From an uncultured Eubacteriales bacterium (GTDB lineage: Bacteria; Acidobacteriota; Aminicenantia; Aminicenantales; Aminicenantaceae), in the NCBI GenBank assembly GCA_964449165.1, contig CAYVAT010000013.1, positions 407 to 64,406 of the forward strand: a stretch of 64,000 nucleotides of DNA, given 5' to 3'. This document shows, one piece after another, positions 46,308 through 58,968 of the stretch. Numbering within the stretch: position 1 is the first letter of the stretch; every line of letters begins with the position of its first letter. Both the position numbers and the translations under genes were made by a program. Under the pieces are notes generated by a model. That model saw only the letters and a program-made list of their open reading frames with translations, did not search any database and was not told the DNA's origin.

Positions 46308-47741
46308 ATGGAACATGTCGCTTGTTATTTAAAGGATATTCATTTTAACAAAAAAAGCGGTCGTCTTGTCTTTCGCCATCAAGATATCCAAAAATACTTT
46401 TTCTTCCAGGATGGGGCTCTCATCCACGCCAAGACCAATCAGAAACAAGAATTGTTGGGCGAAATTCTATTCAGATTAGGGAAGCTTCCCAAGGAAGATT
46501 TTGAGAGGATTGATGAATACATCAAGCCCGGAGAGAGCTTGGGAGAATCATTGATAAAAAAAGGGCTTATATCCAGGAAGGATCTGAGCGATGGCCTCGT
46601 CTATCAAATGAGAGAGATCACTTTGAACATTTTCCCCTTCTTTGAGGGAGAGTTGAGTTTTCAAGAAATAGATGAGTTTGTGGATAAAGCCCAGGATGTG
46701 GAGATCGATGTTGCTGCTTTGATCGAGGACGGGATAAGGAGGATGAAATTCGATCCTTCCCTGAAGGACTTTCTGGCCAAGAGAGTCCCCTTTACCAAGA
46801 ACAGGGAGTTTTTCTACCGTCTGGCAGAGGATGAAAGAGACGTCTTGAAGCATGTTGATGGCTCATCTATGAGCGAAAAACTTCTTACTGAATCCAAGAT
46901 GAATCCAGAAATCTTCTGGAAGAATCTCTTCCTTTTTTACTGCTTGGATTTGATCGACTTTGAAAAAGAGAAGGAACCCACAGTAGAAGAGAAGAAAAAG
47001 GAAGAAACAGACGAGGATGTCAGAAGAAAGCTTGAAAATGTCATAAGCCTGAGTGAGAATCTTTCTCGGATGAACTATTATCAGATTTTGAGTGTTCCAC
47101 CTTCTTCTTCCCAAGAGGAAATAAAAAAATCCTATTTTAGGCTGGCTCGCACCTACCATCCAGACCTTTTTGACCAGGCACTTCCCCAAGATATGAAACA
47201 GAAAATCGAGGAAGTATTTGCCTCGATCACCAAAGCCTACCGCACTCTCAGCGACGATGGGGAAAGGCACGTTTATGACTCCAAGATGGAATCTGTTTCT
47301 CCAGAGAGAAAAAAAGATGTGGTCAAGGATGCAGAGATTAAGTTTCGCCAGGGAAAGACTCTCTACGACAAAGGGATGTATGAGGATGCTATGCTTCTTT
47401 TAGAAGAAGCAACACGACTGATAAAGGAAAAGGGAAGCTATTTTTTGCTCCTTGCCCTCGCAGAGTCCAAGATTCCAGCTTATCATAAAAGGGCCGAGGA
47501 ACATTTTATGCGTGCCGTAAAATTAGATCCGTGGAATCCAGAGGCGCATGTGGGATTAGGGCTTCTCTACAAAAAGTCCGGGCTTACGGTGAAGGCGAAA
47601 AAGCGCTTTGAAAAAGCCCTCAGCCTCGACCCCGATCACCCCATTGCCAGCAAGGAATCAAGTCCCCTTAAGAAAGAAAAAAAGAAAATGGGATTAAAAG
47701 ATATCCTGTCAATGGATATCTTCGGCAAAAAGAAAAAGTAG
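46308..47741 (+). CDS. J-domain (DnaJ-like) protein with C-terminal TPR repeats
   Basis: YYQILSVPPSSSQEEIKKSYFRLARTYHPD (J domain with HPD); C-terminal TPR-like repeats. Confidence 0.7.
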   Translation: MEHVACYLKDIHFNKKSGRLVFRHQDIQKYFFFQDGALIHAKTNQKQELLGEILFRLGKLPKEDFERIDEYIKPGESLGESLIKKGLISRKDLSDGLVYQMREITLNIFPFFEGELSFQEIDEFVDKAQDVEIDVAALIEDGIRRMKFDPSLKDFLAKRVPFTKNREFFYRLAEDERDVLKHVDGSSMSEKLLTESKMNPEIFWKNLFLFYCLDLIDFEKEKEPTVEEKKKEETDEDVRRKLENVISLSENLSRMNYYQILSVPPSSSQEEIKKSYFRLARTYHPDLFDQALPQDMKQKIEEVFASITKAYRTLSDDGERHVYDSKMESVSPERKKDVVKDAEIKFRQGKTLYDKGMYEDAMLLLEEATRLIKEKGSYFLLLALAESKIPAYHKRAEEHFMRAVKLDPWNPEAHVGLGLLYKKSGLTVKAKKRFEKALSLDPDHPIASKESSPLKKEKKKMGLKDILSMDIFGKKKK

Positions 47742-47788
47742 AGGATAAGCTTTTTTCCGTAACGAAAAAATTGTCCGTTGTCTTCCCT

Positions 47789-49861
<2,073 letters not shown>

Positions 49862-49922
49862 TTAGGTCAGGGAAAAGTGCAATCGGGTGGAATCAGGAAG
49901 ATGGAGGATTAGAGAATAATAT

Positions 49923-51113
49923 TTAACTGATGCCTAATCTTTTCTTGGCTTGATCGATGAGCTTTTGAAATTCTGCCAAGGCTTCCTTTTGTTCGGCCTC
50001 TAGTTTCTTGATGGCTGCTTCTTCATTCTTGATTTTTGCCAGGGTTTCTTTCATTTCTTTTTTTTCCTGGTCGCTCAGGTCCTCCTCAACTTTCTCTCCG
50101 AATTTCTTGTTGAATTCTTCTGTGAGAGCATCCAGTTCTTCGGTTTTTTCCTTAAGCTCTTTGACCTTCTCGTTGTAGTTGAGTTTGCTGTTTCCTGTGA
50201 AGAATAGCCTTTCGGCCAGGGACATGGCTTTTTCAGAATTTTTGGGGGAGAGGAAGCTGGCATCCAGCAAGTATTTTATAGCTTCTGGCTGGAAAGATGG
50301 ATCTTTTTTTGCCTTTCCGGCCAGGATGATTCCTATATTGTAGGCAATTTCACCGCTTTTTTGTTGGCCGTAGGCCTGTTTGAAATAAGTGAGCGCTTCG
50401 TCTTTTTTCCCAGTTCGATAGAGAGTCTTGGCATAGAAAAGGCAGCTGGCGAAATCTTTTAAAGTATCACAGGCCACTCGAAAAGCTTTCTCTGCATCAT
50501 TGTAAAACTTGAAATCATAAAGGGATTTCCCTACCTTCATTAGATCATTGGCGATCTGTTTATTTTTTAAGATTTTGAAAGAATTTATGTATGAATCGAC
50601 CGAGCCCTTAAGGTCCTTGTTCTTCTCCAAGGCTTGGGCTTGGGCATAATACCCAGCTCCCATAAGCTGATTCCATTGTTCTGGAGGCTCAGGGGTAGAT
50701 TCTTTATTCTTGTTCGCTTTGCTGATTTGGACAACCTGAAGGGCATAGTTTTGGGCTTTATCTAGATTTTGACCGAGGCTGCTGTATATTCCTGAAAGTA
50801 CGATGTAGATCTGACACTTGGTAAAATCATCCAGGCCGCCGAGCGCCAAGGCCTTTTCTCCGTAGCTTATGGTTTCATTTGGCGTCTTACCCTGATAAGG
50901 AGTGAGACAGAGCTGAGCATAAACATGATTTTCGTATTTTGTCCCCTTACCTCCGTATGAGTTGATATATTCCTTTAGAAGCTTAACTTTCTGAGCAGTA
51001 TCAGGTGTGGTGACAGCCTTGATGTACAGTTCATCAGCCGTGTTTTGGCCGAGAAGGGAAAAAGGCAGGATAAAGAGGATGAGGACAACTATGGTCAGTG
51101 TTCTTCCTTTCAT
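49923..51113 (-). CDS. TPR-repeat protein with N-terminal signal peptide
   Basis: Signal peptide LTIVVLILFILPFSLLGQ; TPR-like repeats; C-terminal coiled-coil EKKEMKETLAKIKNEEAAIKKLEAEQ. Confidence 0.5.
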   Translation of the reverse strand: MKGRTLTIVVLILFILPFSLLGQNTADELYIKAVTTPDTAQKVKLLKEYINSYGGKGTKYENHVYAQLCLTPYQGKTPNETISYGEKALALGGLDDFTKCQIYIVLSGIYSSLGQNLDKAQNYALQVVQISKANKNKESTPEPPEQWNQLMGAGYYAQAQALEKNKDLKGSVDSYINSFKILKNKQIANDLMKVGKSLYDFKFYNDAEKAFRVACDTLKDFASCLFYAKTLYRTGKKDEALTYFKQAYGQQKSGEIAYNIGIILAGKAKKDPSFQPEAIKYLLDASFLSPKNSEKAMSLAERLFFTGNSKLNYNEKVKELKEKTEELDALTEEFNKKFGEKVEEDLSDQEKKEMKETLAKIKNEEAAIKKLEAEQKEALAEFQKLIDQAKKRLGIS

Positions 51114-51376
51114 CTTATGACCTCTCTACAGAATTTTATGCATAATAGCCTGACATGAGATAAAAGTCAATATCTGAAATATTATTACCAAATAAATGGT
51201 AGCAAAATATGTGCCAAATTTAAATCTCGGCTTGGCGAGGATGGATAGGAACCGGAGCTGTGTCTAATTATATCCCTCATCATAGAAATGGATGTTTCCT
51301 TCTCTATCATTGAGATAGAGATGTTTCAACTCTTACCTTTTTGGACTTTTTAGATGACATTGTATAGAATGAGTCC

Positions 51377-52321
51377 ATGGCTCCGGAGAAAGATTTCTCC
51401 TCCCTTTTCATGAGGGCTTTTGGAAGGTCATTCCGAAGGTCTGTTCCTTTGAGCGAATATTCCCATTTCAAGATAGGCGGTCGAGCCGATTACTTTTTCG
51501 AAGCCGAAACACTCGCGGAACTGGTGAGAGCTGTCAAGATCTGCCGTAAATCCAATTTTCCCTATTATGTCATAGGAGCAGGCTGCAATCTTTTATTTGA
51601 TGATCAAGGATTCCGCGGTATCATCATCAAGAACGCAGCCAAAGGTATAAGCCTGAGAAAGGAGAGAGGAGAGGTAGAAGCCTTGTCAGGTACATCGTTG
51701 AATGAGCTTGTTGATTTTTGTCTGCAGAGAGGCTTAGCCGGTGTCGAAATTTTAGCTGGAATTCCAGGAACTGTGGGAGGAGCTGTCTTCAGTAATGCTG
51801 GAGCGTTCGGGAAGAGCATGGGAGATCTTTTGAAGGAAGCCATTCTCCTCGATGAAGAAGGTAAAAAGATAAGGGTCAGCAGGGATTATTTTGCATTTGA
51901 TTATAGGGACAGTTTTCTCAAGAGAAAACATCTTCTTCTGTTGAAGGCTGTCTTTATCCTTCAACCAGGTGAGAAAGAGAGGATAAAAGAGACCATCGAG
52001 GAAAATCTCAAGAGCAGAGAAAACAAGCATCCGCCCCAGAATACAGCCTATGCCGGAAGTTATTTCAAGAATCCTGTTTTTCCCGATGGGAAGAAAGTTG
52101 CAGCTGCCTATCTTCTGGACCAGGTTGGAGCCAAGGCGCTTAAAGTCGGTGGGGCAGCCGTCTCCAGCTTACATTCCAATTTTATCATTAACCAGGAGAA
52201 TGCCTCTTCCAGAGATATTCGGGCTTTGGCCCAGGAATTGAAAGGCCGGGTGAAAGATAAATTCAACATCGAGCTTGAGGAAGAGGTCATTTATCTTCCA
52301 GCAAGCTCATCAATGCCTTGA
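51377..52321 (+). CDS. murB: UDP-N-acetylenolpyruvoylglucosamine reductase
   Basis: FAD-binding region GGRADYFFEA...YYVIGAGCNLLFDD; C-terminal MurB domain. Confidence 0.85.
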   Translation: MAPEKDFSSLFMRAFGRSFRRSVPLSEYSHFKIGGRADYFFEAETLAELVRAVKICRKSNFPYYVIGAGCNLLFDDQGFRGIIIKNAAKGISLRKERGEVEALSGTSLNELVDFCLQRGLAGVEILAGIPGTVGGAVFSNAGAFGKSMGDLLKEAILLDEEGKKIRVSRDYFAFDYRDSFLKRKHLLLLKAVFILQPGEKERIKETIEENLKSRENKHPPQNTAYAGSYFKNPVFPDGKKVAAAYLLDQVGAKALKVGGAAVSSLHSNFIINQENASSRDIRALAQELKGRVKDKFNIELEEEVIYLPASSSMP

Positions 52322-53153
52322 TTTTTTGAGAAGAAAGCTTTCCCTCTTTTCTGGCGATTTCCAAGGTTTGTTTAGCGAGAGTAATGTAGACCTCTTGATA
52401 GAGCGGGAAACAGCGCAAGGCCTGGATATGTTTTTCTATCGAACGCCGGTCTCCTCTAACCAGAGGCCCGGTCAGAGAGGACTCGATGTTAAATTTTTTT
52501 ACATTATGTAAAGTACCTTTCACCAGCGGGAAGAGAATCTGGAAGGATTCTTCTTTAAGTCCCATCTGCTGGAGAAGAGAGGTGGCTATCTCCAGCAGGG
52601 CCACAAAAAAATTGGAGGCGATGCTGCAGGCCGCGTGGTAGAGCGGTTTGTCGGAGGCCTCAAGGATGATGACTTTCCCACCAAGATGACGCACCATTTC
52701 CTTGCCTAGAGACAAGGATTCCGCACATCCTTCCAGGCCAAAATAGATACCCTTAAACTGGCTTTCCTCGCTTCTCTTGGAAGGAAAAGACTGGACAGGA
52801 TGGAAGGAAGCGGTGAAGGCCCCTTTCTTCCTCAAAGGAGAGAGAATTCGAGAGGGATGAAGGCCGCTGCAATGAAAAACGTATCTCTCTGACCAATTGA
52901 AATCTGAGCGGGAAAGCTCTTTGGCAACCTTCGCGATCTCTTCGTCCGGAACACAGATGAAAACAATCTCTCCTTTACTTGCCGTTTCCCTGTTATCGGT
53001 GAGCGCTCTTCCCTGTCCGATGATTTTTCGACTCTCTCTTGCAGAAGAGATGCTTTTGCAGGTTATGGCTTTTATCGTGTATCCTTTTTTCCTGAACGCA
53101 TAACCCAGGGAAGTGCCCAATCTGCCGGCACCGATTATAGCGATATCCATCAT
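52287..53153 (-). CDS. Rossmann-fold NAD(P)-binding protein (DUF2520-like)
   Basis: N-terminal MDIAIIGAGRLGTSLG dinucleotide motif; C-terminal DUF2520-like region. Confidence 0.5.
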   Translation of the reverse strand: MMDIAIIGAGRLGTSLGYAFRKKGYTIKAITCKSISSARESRKIIGQGRALTDNRETASKGEIVFICVPDEEIAKVAKELSRSDFNWSERYVFHCSGLHPSRILSPLRKKGAFTASFHPVQSFPSKRSEESQFKGIYFGLEGCAESLSLGKEMVRHLGGKVIILEASDKPLYHAACSIASNFFVALLEIATSLLQQMGLKEESFQILFPLVKGTLHNVKKFNIESSLTGPLVRGDRRSIEKHIQALRCFPLYQEVYITLAKQTLEIARKEGKLSSQKIKALMSLLEDK

Positions 53154-53629
53154 TTCCTCCTCTCAAAAATTTTGCTCCAATGGTCTATTTCGAGAGGCGA
53201 AAGTATGATCTCTTCTTTTTTCATCTCCAAAGATTTCCTGTATTCTTTGAGCGAAGCTTTTAACAGGCGATGAAATTCTCTCGAGTTGAGGGATTTTGCT
53301 CCCCTGGCCTTGGTAAAACGGCGGATCTCGCGGTCAGAGCTGACCACAAAGAATCTCCTCAAATATGTCTGTTTCTCGATGATTCGTTTTATCACCTGGT
53401 CTGCATTTTCCTCTAAAGACGGGAAAATGACAGTCAGCGATTTTTTCTGGAGCTTGTCAGTTTCCAAATCTGGAAGAGGGGGGCCATCAAAGACCAGATA
53501 GATTTTTGTCTTTTTCAGGTGCTTGAAAATCAACAGCTGTGAGATCAAGATGTACTTGCTTTTTGGCTCTCTGAGATGTGAGGGCCAGAGGTAACCGATT
53601 AAGTTGTTGCCATCGATTAGATATGCCAC
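53150..53629 (-). CDS. NYN-domain (YacP/Rae1-like) putative ribonuclease
   Basis: MAYLIDGNNLIG...YLVFDGPP...FVVSSDREI is the NYN/PIN-like acidic triad. Confidence 0.6.
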   Translation of the reverse strand: MAYLIDGNNLIGYLWPSHLREPKSKYILISQLLIFKHLKKTKIYLVFDGPPLPDLETDKLQKKSLTVIFPSLEENADQVIKRIIEKQTYLRRFFVVSSDREIRRFTKARGAKSLNSREFHRLLKASLKEYRKSLEMKKEEIILSPLEIDHWSKIFERRK

Positions 53630-53665
53630 TTGCGGGGTGGTCCCTCAATCATGGGCGTTTTGGCA

Positions 53666-54319
53666 TCACAAGGTATAGGATTCTCCTGGCTTGAGGATGA
53701 TAACCTCTGCCATGTTTCCGACTCTCTGTTTGAACTCCTCAGGATTGGATTCGATTATGGGGAAGGTTCCGTAATGGATGGGGATCACTTTTTTGGTTTG
53801 GATAAATTCCACGGCTTTCACAGCAGAAGGCACACCCATGGTATAACGATCTCCTATGGGAATAAAGCTCAAATCGGGCTTGAAGAATTCGGCGATAAGC
53901 TTCATATCATAGGTGAGGCCTGTATCGCCGGCGTGATAGAGGGTCTTTCCATCCAATTCAATAACCACGCCTGATGGATCCCCTTTTTCGGCTGAATGGA
54001 GAGCGGTGACCATATGGACGGTGACTCCCTTGGCTTCCACTGTGCCTCCTATGTTCATCCCCTCTGTTTTTATGCCCTCTGCTTCAGCCTCCACAGCCAC
54101 TTCATGGATGGAGACCAGGGTGGCTGCTGTTTTTTTACAGATGGCGAAGGCATCTCCGAGATGATCGCTATGATAATGGGTGACCACCACTACATCTGCT
54201 TCTGTGATTTCTTCGGGGGTAATAGAGGCAGCAGGATTATCAGTTAAGAAGGGATCGATATATATTGTCTTTGAGCCCTTGATTTTAACTGCTGAATGTC
54301 CTAACCAGGTGATTTCCAT
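53666..54319 (-). CDS. Metallo-beta-lactamase-fold hydrolase (UPF0173 family)
   Basis: THYHSDHLGD motif; about 217 aa. Confidence 0.75.
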   Translation of the reverse strand: MEITWLGHSAVKIKGSKTIYIDPFLTDNPAASITPEEITEADVVVVTHYHSDHLGDAFAICKKTAATLVSIHEVAVEAEAEGIKTEGMNIGGTVEAKGVTVHMVTALHSAEKGDPSGVVIELDGKTLYHAGDTGLTYDMKLIAEFFKPDLSFIPIGDRYTMGVPSAVKAVEFIQTKKVIPIHYGTFPIIESNPEEFKQRVGNMAEVIILKPGESYTL

Positions 54320-54372
54320 TTTTTACCTCCTGTGGTAATTTTTTTCCCGGATAAATTATGCTTTTTCCCAGA

Positions 54373-54717
54373 CTATCCGGGAGGCCAATGCATCCTTCTT
54401 CCTCCCAGTAAATGCAGGTGTATGTGGAAGACTTCCTGTCCAGAGTCCCTCTCGGTGTTGAGTACGATCCTGTAGCCGCTTTGGGCGATCCCTTTTTCCT
54501 CTGCAATCTGGCGAGCCTTAAGAAGAAGATAGCTGAGAATTTCCTTCTTTTCCTCTGGAATTGCGTTTAAGGAACCGAAGTGTTCTTTGGGGATAAGCAG
54601 GATATGGGTGGGTGCCTGAGGGTTGATGTCGTTAAAGGCAAGAATGTCCTTATCTTCATAAACAATCTTTGAGGGAATTTCTTTATTGACGATTTTGCAA
54701 AAAATGCACTCGTCCAT
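54373..54717 (-). CDS. HIT-family (histidine triad) nucleotide hydrolase
   Basis: CIFCKI...HIHLHLLGG (HxHxHxx). Confidence 0.85.
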   Translation of the reverse strand: MDECIFCKIVNKEIPSKIVYEDKDILAFNDINPQAPTHILLIPKEHFGSLNAIPEEKKEILSYLLLKARQIAEEKGIAQSGYRIVLNTERDSGQEVFHIHLHLLGGRRMHWPPG

Positions 54718-54719
54718 TT

Positions 54720-55994
54720 TTATGGTGTCTCCCTGTCTTTTATCCTCTCTATCTGGGCGCCTATGGATTTCAGCTTCTCCTCGATTCTCTCATAACCCCT
54801 GTCCAGGTGTTCAACCTCGTTGATCATGGTTTCTCCGCTGGCGATCAATCCAGCCAGGACGAGGGAAGCTGAGGCCCTCAGGTCTGTGGCTATGATCTCT
54901 GCCCCTGAAAGGGGAGTTTTTCCTCTGACTATGGCTTTATCACCGGAGACTTCGATAGAAGCTCCCAGACGCAAAAGCTCGTTTATATGGCTGAACCGCC
55001 GGTCAAAGATGGTCTCTGTTATGATGGATGTGCCTTCCGCCTGAGTCATCAACATGATGAACTGGGCCTGCATATCGGTGGGAAAGCCTGGATATGGAGA
55101 GGTGGTCACATCCTGCGGCCTGATCCGGGGGCTTCCTTTGATTCTGAGAGAATTGAGGTTTAATTTTTCTATCACTGCTCCTGAGTATCTCAGCTTTTCG
55201 ATGATGGTGTCGAGATGATCGGTCCGGACCTTGGTGAGGGAGAGGTCCCCTCGAGACAAAGCACCTGCCACCAGGAAAGTGCCGGCTTCGATACGGTCAG
55301 GGATGATTTCATGGACGGCACCTCCCAGATCATCCACTCCCTTAATCCGGATGGTCTCCTCACCGACTCCATCGATTTTCGCTCCCATTTTCAGCAGAAG
55401 CTCGCAGAGATTGGTTACTTCCGGTTCGACGGAACAGTTTTTAAGGGTAGTCTCTCCCCGAGCCAGGGAAGCGGCCATGATCAGGTTTTCTGTCCCGCCT
55501 ACGGTTTTCTTCTCGAATTCGATCTCCGAACCCTGAAGCCTTCTCGCTTCAGCCTGGATATAGCCGTGCTGGAGACTGATGGTAGCCCCCAGTTTTTCCA
55601 GGCCGTGGATATGAAGGTCTATGGGACGAGAACCGATGGCGCAGCCTCCGGGTAAGGCAACAACAGCTCTTCCCCGCCTGGCAATCAAGGGGCCGAGGAC
55701 AAGGATGGAGGCTCTCATCGCCCGAACCAATTCATAGGCGGCTTCTTCTGAGCGGATCTTTCTGGTTTGGATGGAGAGAGAATTTTTCTTGATGCTGTAA
55801 TCTGCTCCCAGCTCTTTCATCAAGGTCAGGATGGTGAAAACATCTTTCACTCTGGGTGTGTTTTTCAGCTTTATCTTTTCCCGCGTCAGGAGAGAGGCGG
55901 TGATGGCTGGAAGCACTGCATTCTTGGCTCCGCTGATTTTTACTCTTCCTTTGAGCCGAAGGTTATGATTTCCCAGAATTCTGATCTTATCCAT
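54720..55994 (-). CDS. murA: UDP-N-acetylglucosamine 1-carboxyvinyltransferase
   Basis: MDKIRILGN...VKISGAKNAVLP...; EPSP-synthase fold; catalytic Cys region LPGGCAIGSRPIDLH. Confidence 0.9.
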   Translation of the reverse strand: MDKIRILGNHNLRLKGRVKISGAKNAVLPAITASLLTREKIKLKNTPRVKDVFTILTLMKELGADYSIKKNSLSIQTRKIRSEEAAYELVRAMRASILVLGPLIARRGRAVVALPGGCAIGSRPIDLHIHGLEKLGATISLQHGYIQAEARRLQGSEIEFEKKTVGGTENLIMAASLARGETTLKNCSVEPEVTNLCELLLKMGAKIDGVGEETIRIKGVDDLGGAVHEIIPDRIEAGTFLVAGALSRGDLSLTKVRTDHLDTIIEKLRYSGAVIEKLNLNSLRIKGSPRIRPQDVTTSPYPGFPTDMQAQFIMLMTQAEGTSIITETIFDRRFSHINELLRLGASIEVSGDKAIVRGKTPLSGAEIIATDLRASASLVLAGLIASGETMINEVEHLDRGYERIEEKLKSIGAQIERIKDRETP

Positions 55995-56081
55995 ATAGTG
56001 TAATTCTAAAATAATATCTCTGAAAATTCAATGTGTTGACTTATCCGGGATTGTGTTTTATTAGTGAGGAAAGGAGGTCTC

Positions 56082-57467
56082 ATGGGAATTTCGAGGCGAA
56101 ATTTTATGAAGAATCTAAGCTATGGGTTTGCTGCCGCAGGGTTAGGCAGGAAATCCGGATCCTTTTCTTTTCCTCAGAAGGAGGGCTCGGAAAGCCTGCT
56201 GATTAAGAACCCAGACCATCCCCAGGAAGCGGCATTCGACCGGCTTCCCCTCTCATGGTACAAGAAGACAGTGAGCCGGCTGAAGGAGAAAGTTGCCGAG
56301 AAGGGCATTGAAGCGATTATCCTTCAAAATCGGTGGAACCTGATCTACTTTACCGGACTCTTTCATAGTACTACGGAACGTCCCTTCTATGTTCTCTTCC
56401 CGGTCAAAAAGGATGCGATCTACTGGTATCACCCGGGTCTGGATAGAGACCTGGTTTCGTCCTGGTGGTCTACAGAGAATGATTACTACTTTGACTATCT
56501 CCATGCCGAGGGAGGTTTTCCTGAAAAGGGAAAAGTGGTCCAGGGGAAAACCGTTGATCTTTTTGAGTGGCTGCTCGAAGGATTGAAAAAGAGAGGATAT
56601 GCCGATAAGGTCATCGGAGTGGACAAAGAATTTCCTCCTTCCAGGATGAAAAAGATCAAGAAGATCCTTCCTCAGGCCAAGTTTGTCGATATCAGCCAGG
56701 CCTGCCTCAAGATGAGGATAGTCAAGACCCCCGAAGAGATCGCTCTCACTCAGAGGGCCATGAATTACTTCAGCAAGATCCACGCTTTTGCTCGTGATTA
56801 TCTTCTGGAAAAGGGGACAGATGCCACAGACTTTGAGGTGGGACATGCGGCTTCAGAATACGGCACTGATCTGATCATGAAGGATGTAAAGAGAGACGGT
56901 AAGCCTCACAATGCCGTGGGAATTTCCGTGCACATAGGCTGCCGCACAGGTGTGGCCACAGCCTATCCCCATCCCAACCAGTTCTTCCACAAGAGGATCG
57001 AAAAAGGTGATGCTTTGCAGATATCTGGCGTGGTCAGGGTTGGAGGCTACGGAGGGGAGCTCTACCGCTATTTCCAGATCGCTCCCTGGGACGCTCATCG
57101 GGAGAAGCTGTGGCAAGTGGTGACCGACTGTGTCCGGATCCAGGAGGAGGAGTCCATGGCTGGGAAGACCTGTTCTGAGCTGGCTTTCAAGATCCATCAG
57201 TACCAGGTCAAGAACGGAGTGGCCAAATACATCTATCATCGGCCTGCCCACGGAGAGGGGATGGAAGGGCACCAGGCACCCTGGCTCGCTCTGGGTGATT
57301 ACACTGTTTTAGAAGAAGGGATGACCTTCAGTGTGGAACCTGGCCTTTATGATCCCGAGAATGGCTTTGGCTATAATCCCAGCGATAACCTGCTGGTGAC
57401 AGAGAAGAAGGGAGTGCTGATGAGCAGCGTTCCCTACTCCAAAGCGTGGATGTTCTTGAAGCTTTAA
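56082..57467 (+). CDS. Tat-exported M24-family metallopeptidase (creatinase/Xaa-Pro peptidase-like)
   Basis: Twin-arginine signal MGISRRNFMKNLSYGFAAAGLG; creatinase N-domain; C-terminal pita-bread metal ligands (HGEGMEGHQAPW, VEPGLY). AAGGAGG RBS before ATG 56082. Confidence 0.7.
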   Translation: MGISRRNFMKNLSYGFAAAGLGRKSGSFSFPQKEGSESLLIKNPDHPQEAAFDRLPLSWYKKTVSRLKEKVAEKGIEAIILQNRWNLIYFTGLFHSTTERPFYVLFPVKKDAIYWYHPGLDRDLVSSWWSTENDYYFDYLHAEGGFPEKGKVVQGKTVDLFEWLLEGLKKRGYADKVIGVDKEFPPSRMKKIKKILPQAKFVDISQACLKMRIVKTPEEIALTQRAMNYFSKIHAFARDYLLEKGTDATDFEVGHAASEYGTDLIMKDVKRDGKPHNAVGISVHIGCRTGVATAYPHPNQFFHKRIEKGDALQISGVVRVGGYGGELYRYFQIAPWDAHREKLWQVVTDCVRIQEEESMAGKTCSELAFKIHQYQVKNGVAKYIYHRPAHGEGMEGHQAPWLALGDYTVLEEGMTFSVEPGLYDPENGFGYNPSDNLLVTEKKGVLMSSVPYSKAWMFLKL

Positions 57468-57552
57468 GAATAGCAAGAGAGTCAGGTGTTGTGATAAGCT
57501 GGAGGATCAGTGTGTTTAGCGGAATAGAATTTTTTTGTAAGGAGGAAGTCCA

Positions 57553-58965
57553 ATGAGAATGCTTATCGGAGAAAATTGGGTGGAAAAGGATGAGAAGATC
57601 GATGTCCGCAACCCCTACAATAACGAACTCATCGACACTGTTCCCTCCGCAGATAAGAGTGATGTGGAAGCCGCTTATCAGGCGGCTGAGCAAGGATACA
57701 GAATCAATCGCGATCTGCCCGTCCACCAGCGTATTTCCATCCTCTACAGGACAGCAGAAATACTCAGAGAACGCTCCGAAGAATTCGCCAAGACCATCGC
57801 CACTGAAGGAAGCAAAACCATCAAAGAGGCCAGAAAAGAGGCAAGCCGCTGTATCGATACCATCACCATCTCTGCCGAGGAGGCAAGGCGTGTGGTGGGA
57901 GAGACCGTGCCATTTTCGAGCCGAGAGGGATCTGAAAACAGAGTGGGCTACTACTACCGGTTTCCCATCGGAGTTATCCTGGCCATTACTCCCTTTAATG
58001 ACCCTTTGAACCTGGTAGCTCATAAGGTAGGGCCGGCCATTGCGGGAGGAAACTCCGTAGTCCTCAAACCGGCCACTGTCACTCCTCTCTCTGCGCTTAA
58101 GCTGGGAGAGGCCATGATAGAAGCCGGCCTTCCCTGGAAAGTATTGAACATCGTCACCGGTTACGGCTCCAAAATCGGCGATGCCTTGGTCACGGATCCA
58201 AGGCCCAGGATGATTTCCTTCACCGGAGGCACCGAAGCAGGGCAGGAGATCGTTAAGAAAGCCGGGTTAAAGAAAATAGGAATGGAACTGGGGTCAAACT
58301 CTCCTGTCATCGTCATGGATGATGCAGACCTCGAGCAGGCTGTGGAGCTCTGTGTTTCAGGAGCGTTCTGGGCGGTGGGACAGAATTGTATCGGAGTGCA
58401 GCGTATCTATATCCACGAAAACATCTATGATCGCTTTGAAAGAGCGTTTGTGGAGCAGACCAAGAAGATGAAAATTGGTTACCAGCTGGATGAAGCGACA
58501 GACATGGGCCCTATGATCACAGAATCAGAAGCAGAGCGGGTGGAGAGATGGGTTAAGGAGGCCTCGGAGGAAGGGGCAGAACTTCTCTGTGGGGGGCGCA
58601 GAAATGGGACACTCTTTGACCCCACGGTCTTTAAGAATATGCCCGACCAAGCCAAGCTGAACTGCGAAGAAGTGTTCGGTCCTGTGGTCAGCCTGTATAA
58701 AGTCTCTTCCCTTGATGAGGCCATCTCATCAGCCAACAGCGTCAAGTACGGCCTGCATGGCGCGATTTTTACCCGTTCCCTCACCCGTGCCTTCAAAGCT
58801 ATCAAAGAGCTTGATGTGGGAGGGGTGATGGTCAACGACTCCACAGATTACCGCATCGATATGATGCCTTTTGGAGGAGTGAAGTGGAGCGGGCTGGGAA
58901 GAGAAGGAATCAAATTTGCTCTGCTTGAGATGACCGAACCCAAGGTTGTCTGCTTTAACCTCTAG
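57553..58965 (+). CDS. NAD(P)-dependent aldehyde dehydrogenase family protein
   Basis: ELGSNSP (catalytic Glu), GQNCIGVQRIY (catalytic Cys), GGTEAGQEI. Confidence 0.85.
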   Translation: MRMLIGENWVEKDEKIDVRNPYNNELIDTVPSADKSDVEAAYQAAEQGYRINRDLPVHQRISILYRTAEILRERSEEFAKTIATEGSKTIKEARKEASRCIDTITISAEEARRVVGETVPFSSREGSENRVGYYYRFPIGVILAITPFNDPLNLVAHKVGPAIAGGNSVVLKPATVTPLSALKLGEAMIEAGLPWKVLNIVTGYGSKIGDALVTDPRPRMISFTGGTEAGQEIVKKAGLKKIGMELGSNSPVIVMDDADLEQAVELCVSGAFWAVGQNCIGVQRIYIHENIYDRFERAFVEQTKKMKIGYQLDEATDMGPMITESEAERVERWVKEASEEGAELLCGGRRNGTLFDPTVFKNMPDQAKLNCEEVFGPVVSLYKVSSLDEAISSANSVKYGLHGAIFTRSLTRAFKAIKELDVGGVMVNDSTDYRIDMMPFGGVKWSGLGREGIKFALLEMTEPKVVCFNL

Positions 58966-58968
58966 GCC

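Noticed and set aside
47742-47788. A/T-only hairpin between the convergent J-domain and ligA genes as a bidirectional terminator.
   Set aside because: The stem is almost entirely A-T pairs (TTTTTTCCG/CGAAAAAA) and predicted to be very weak.
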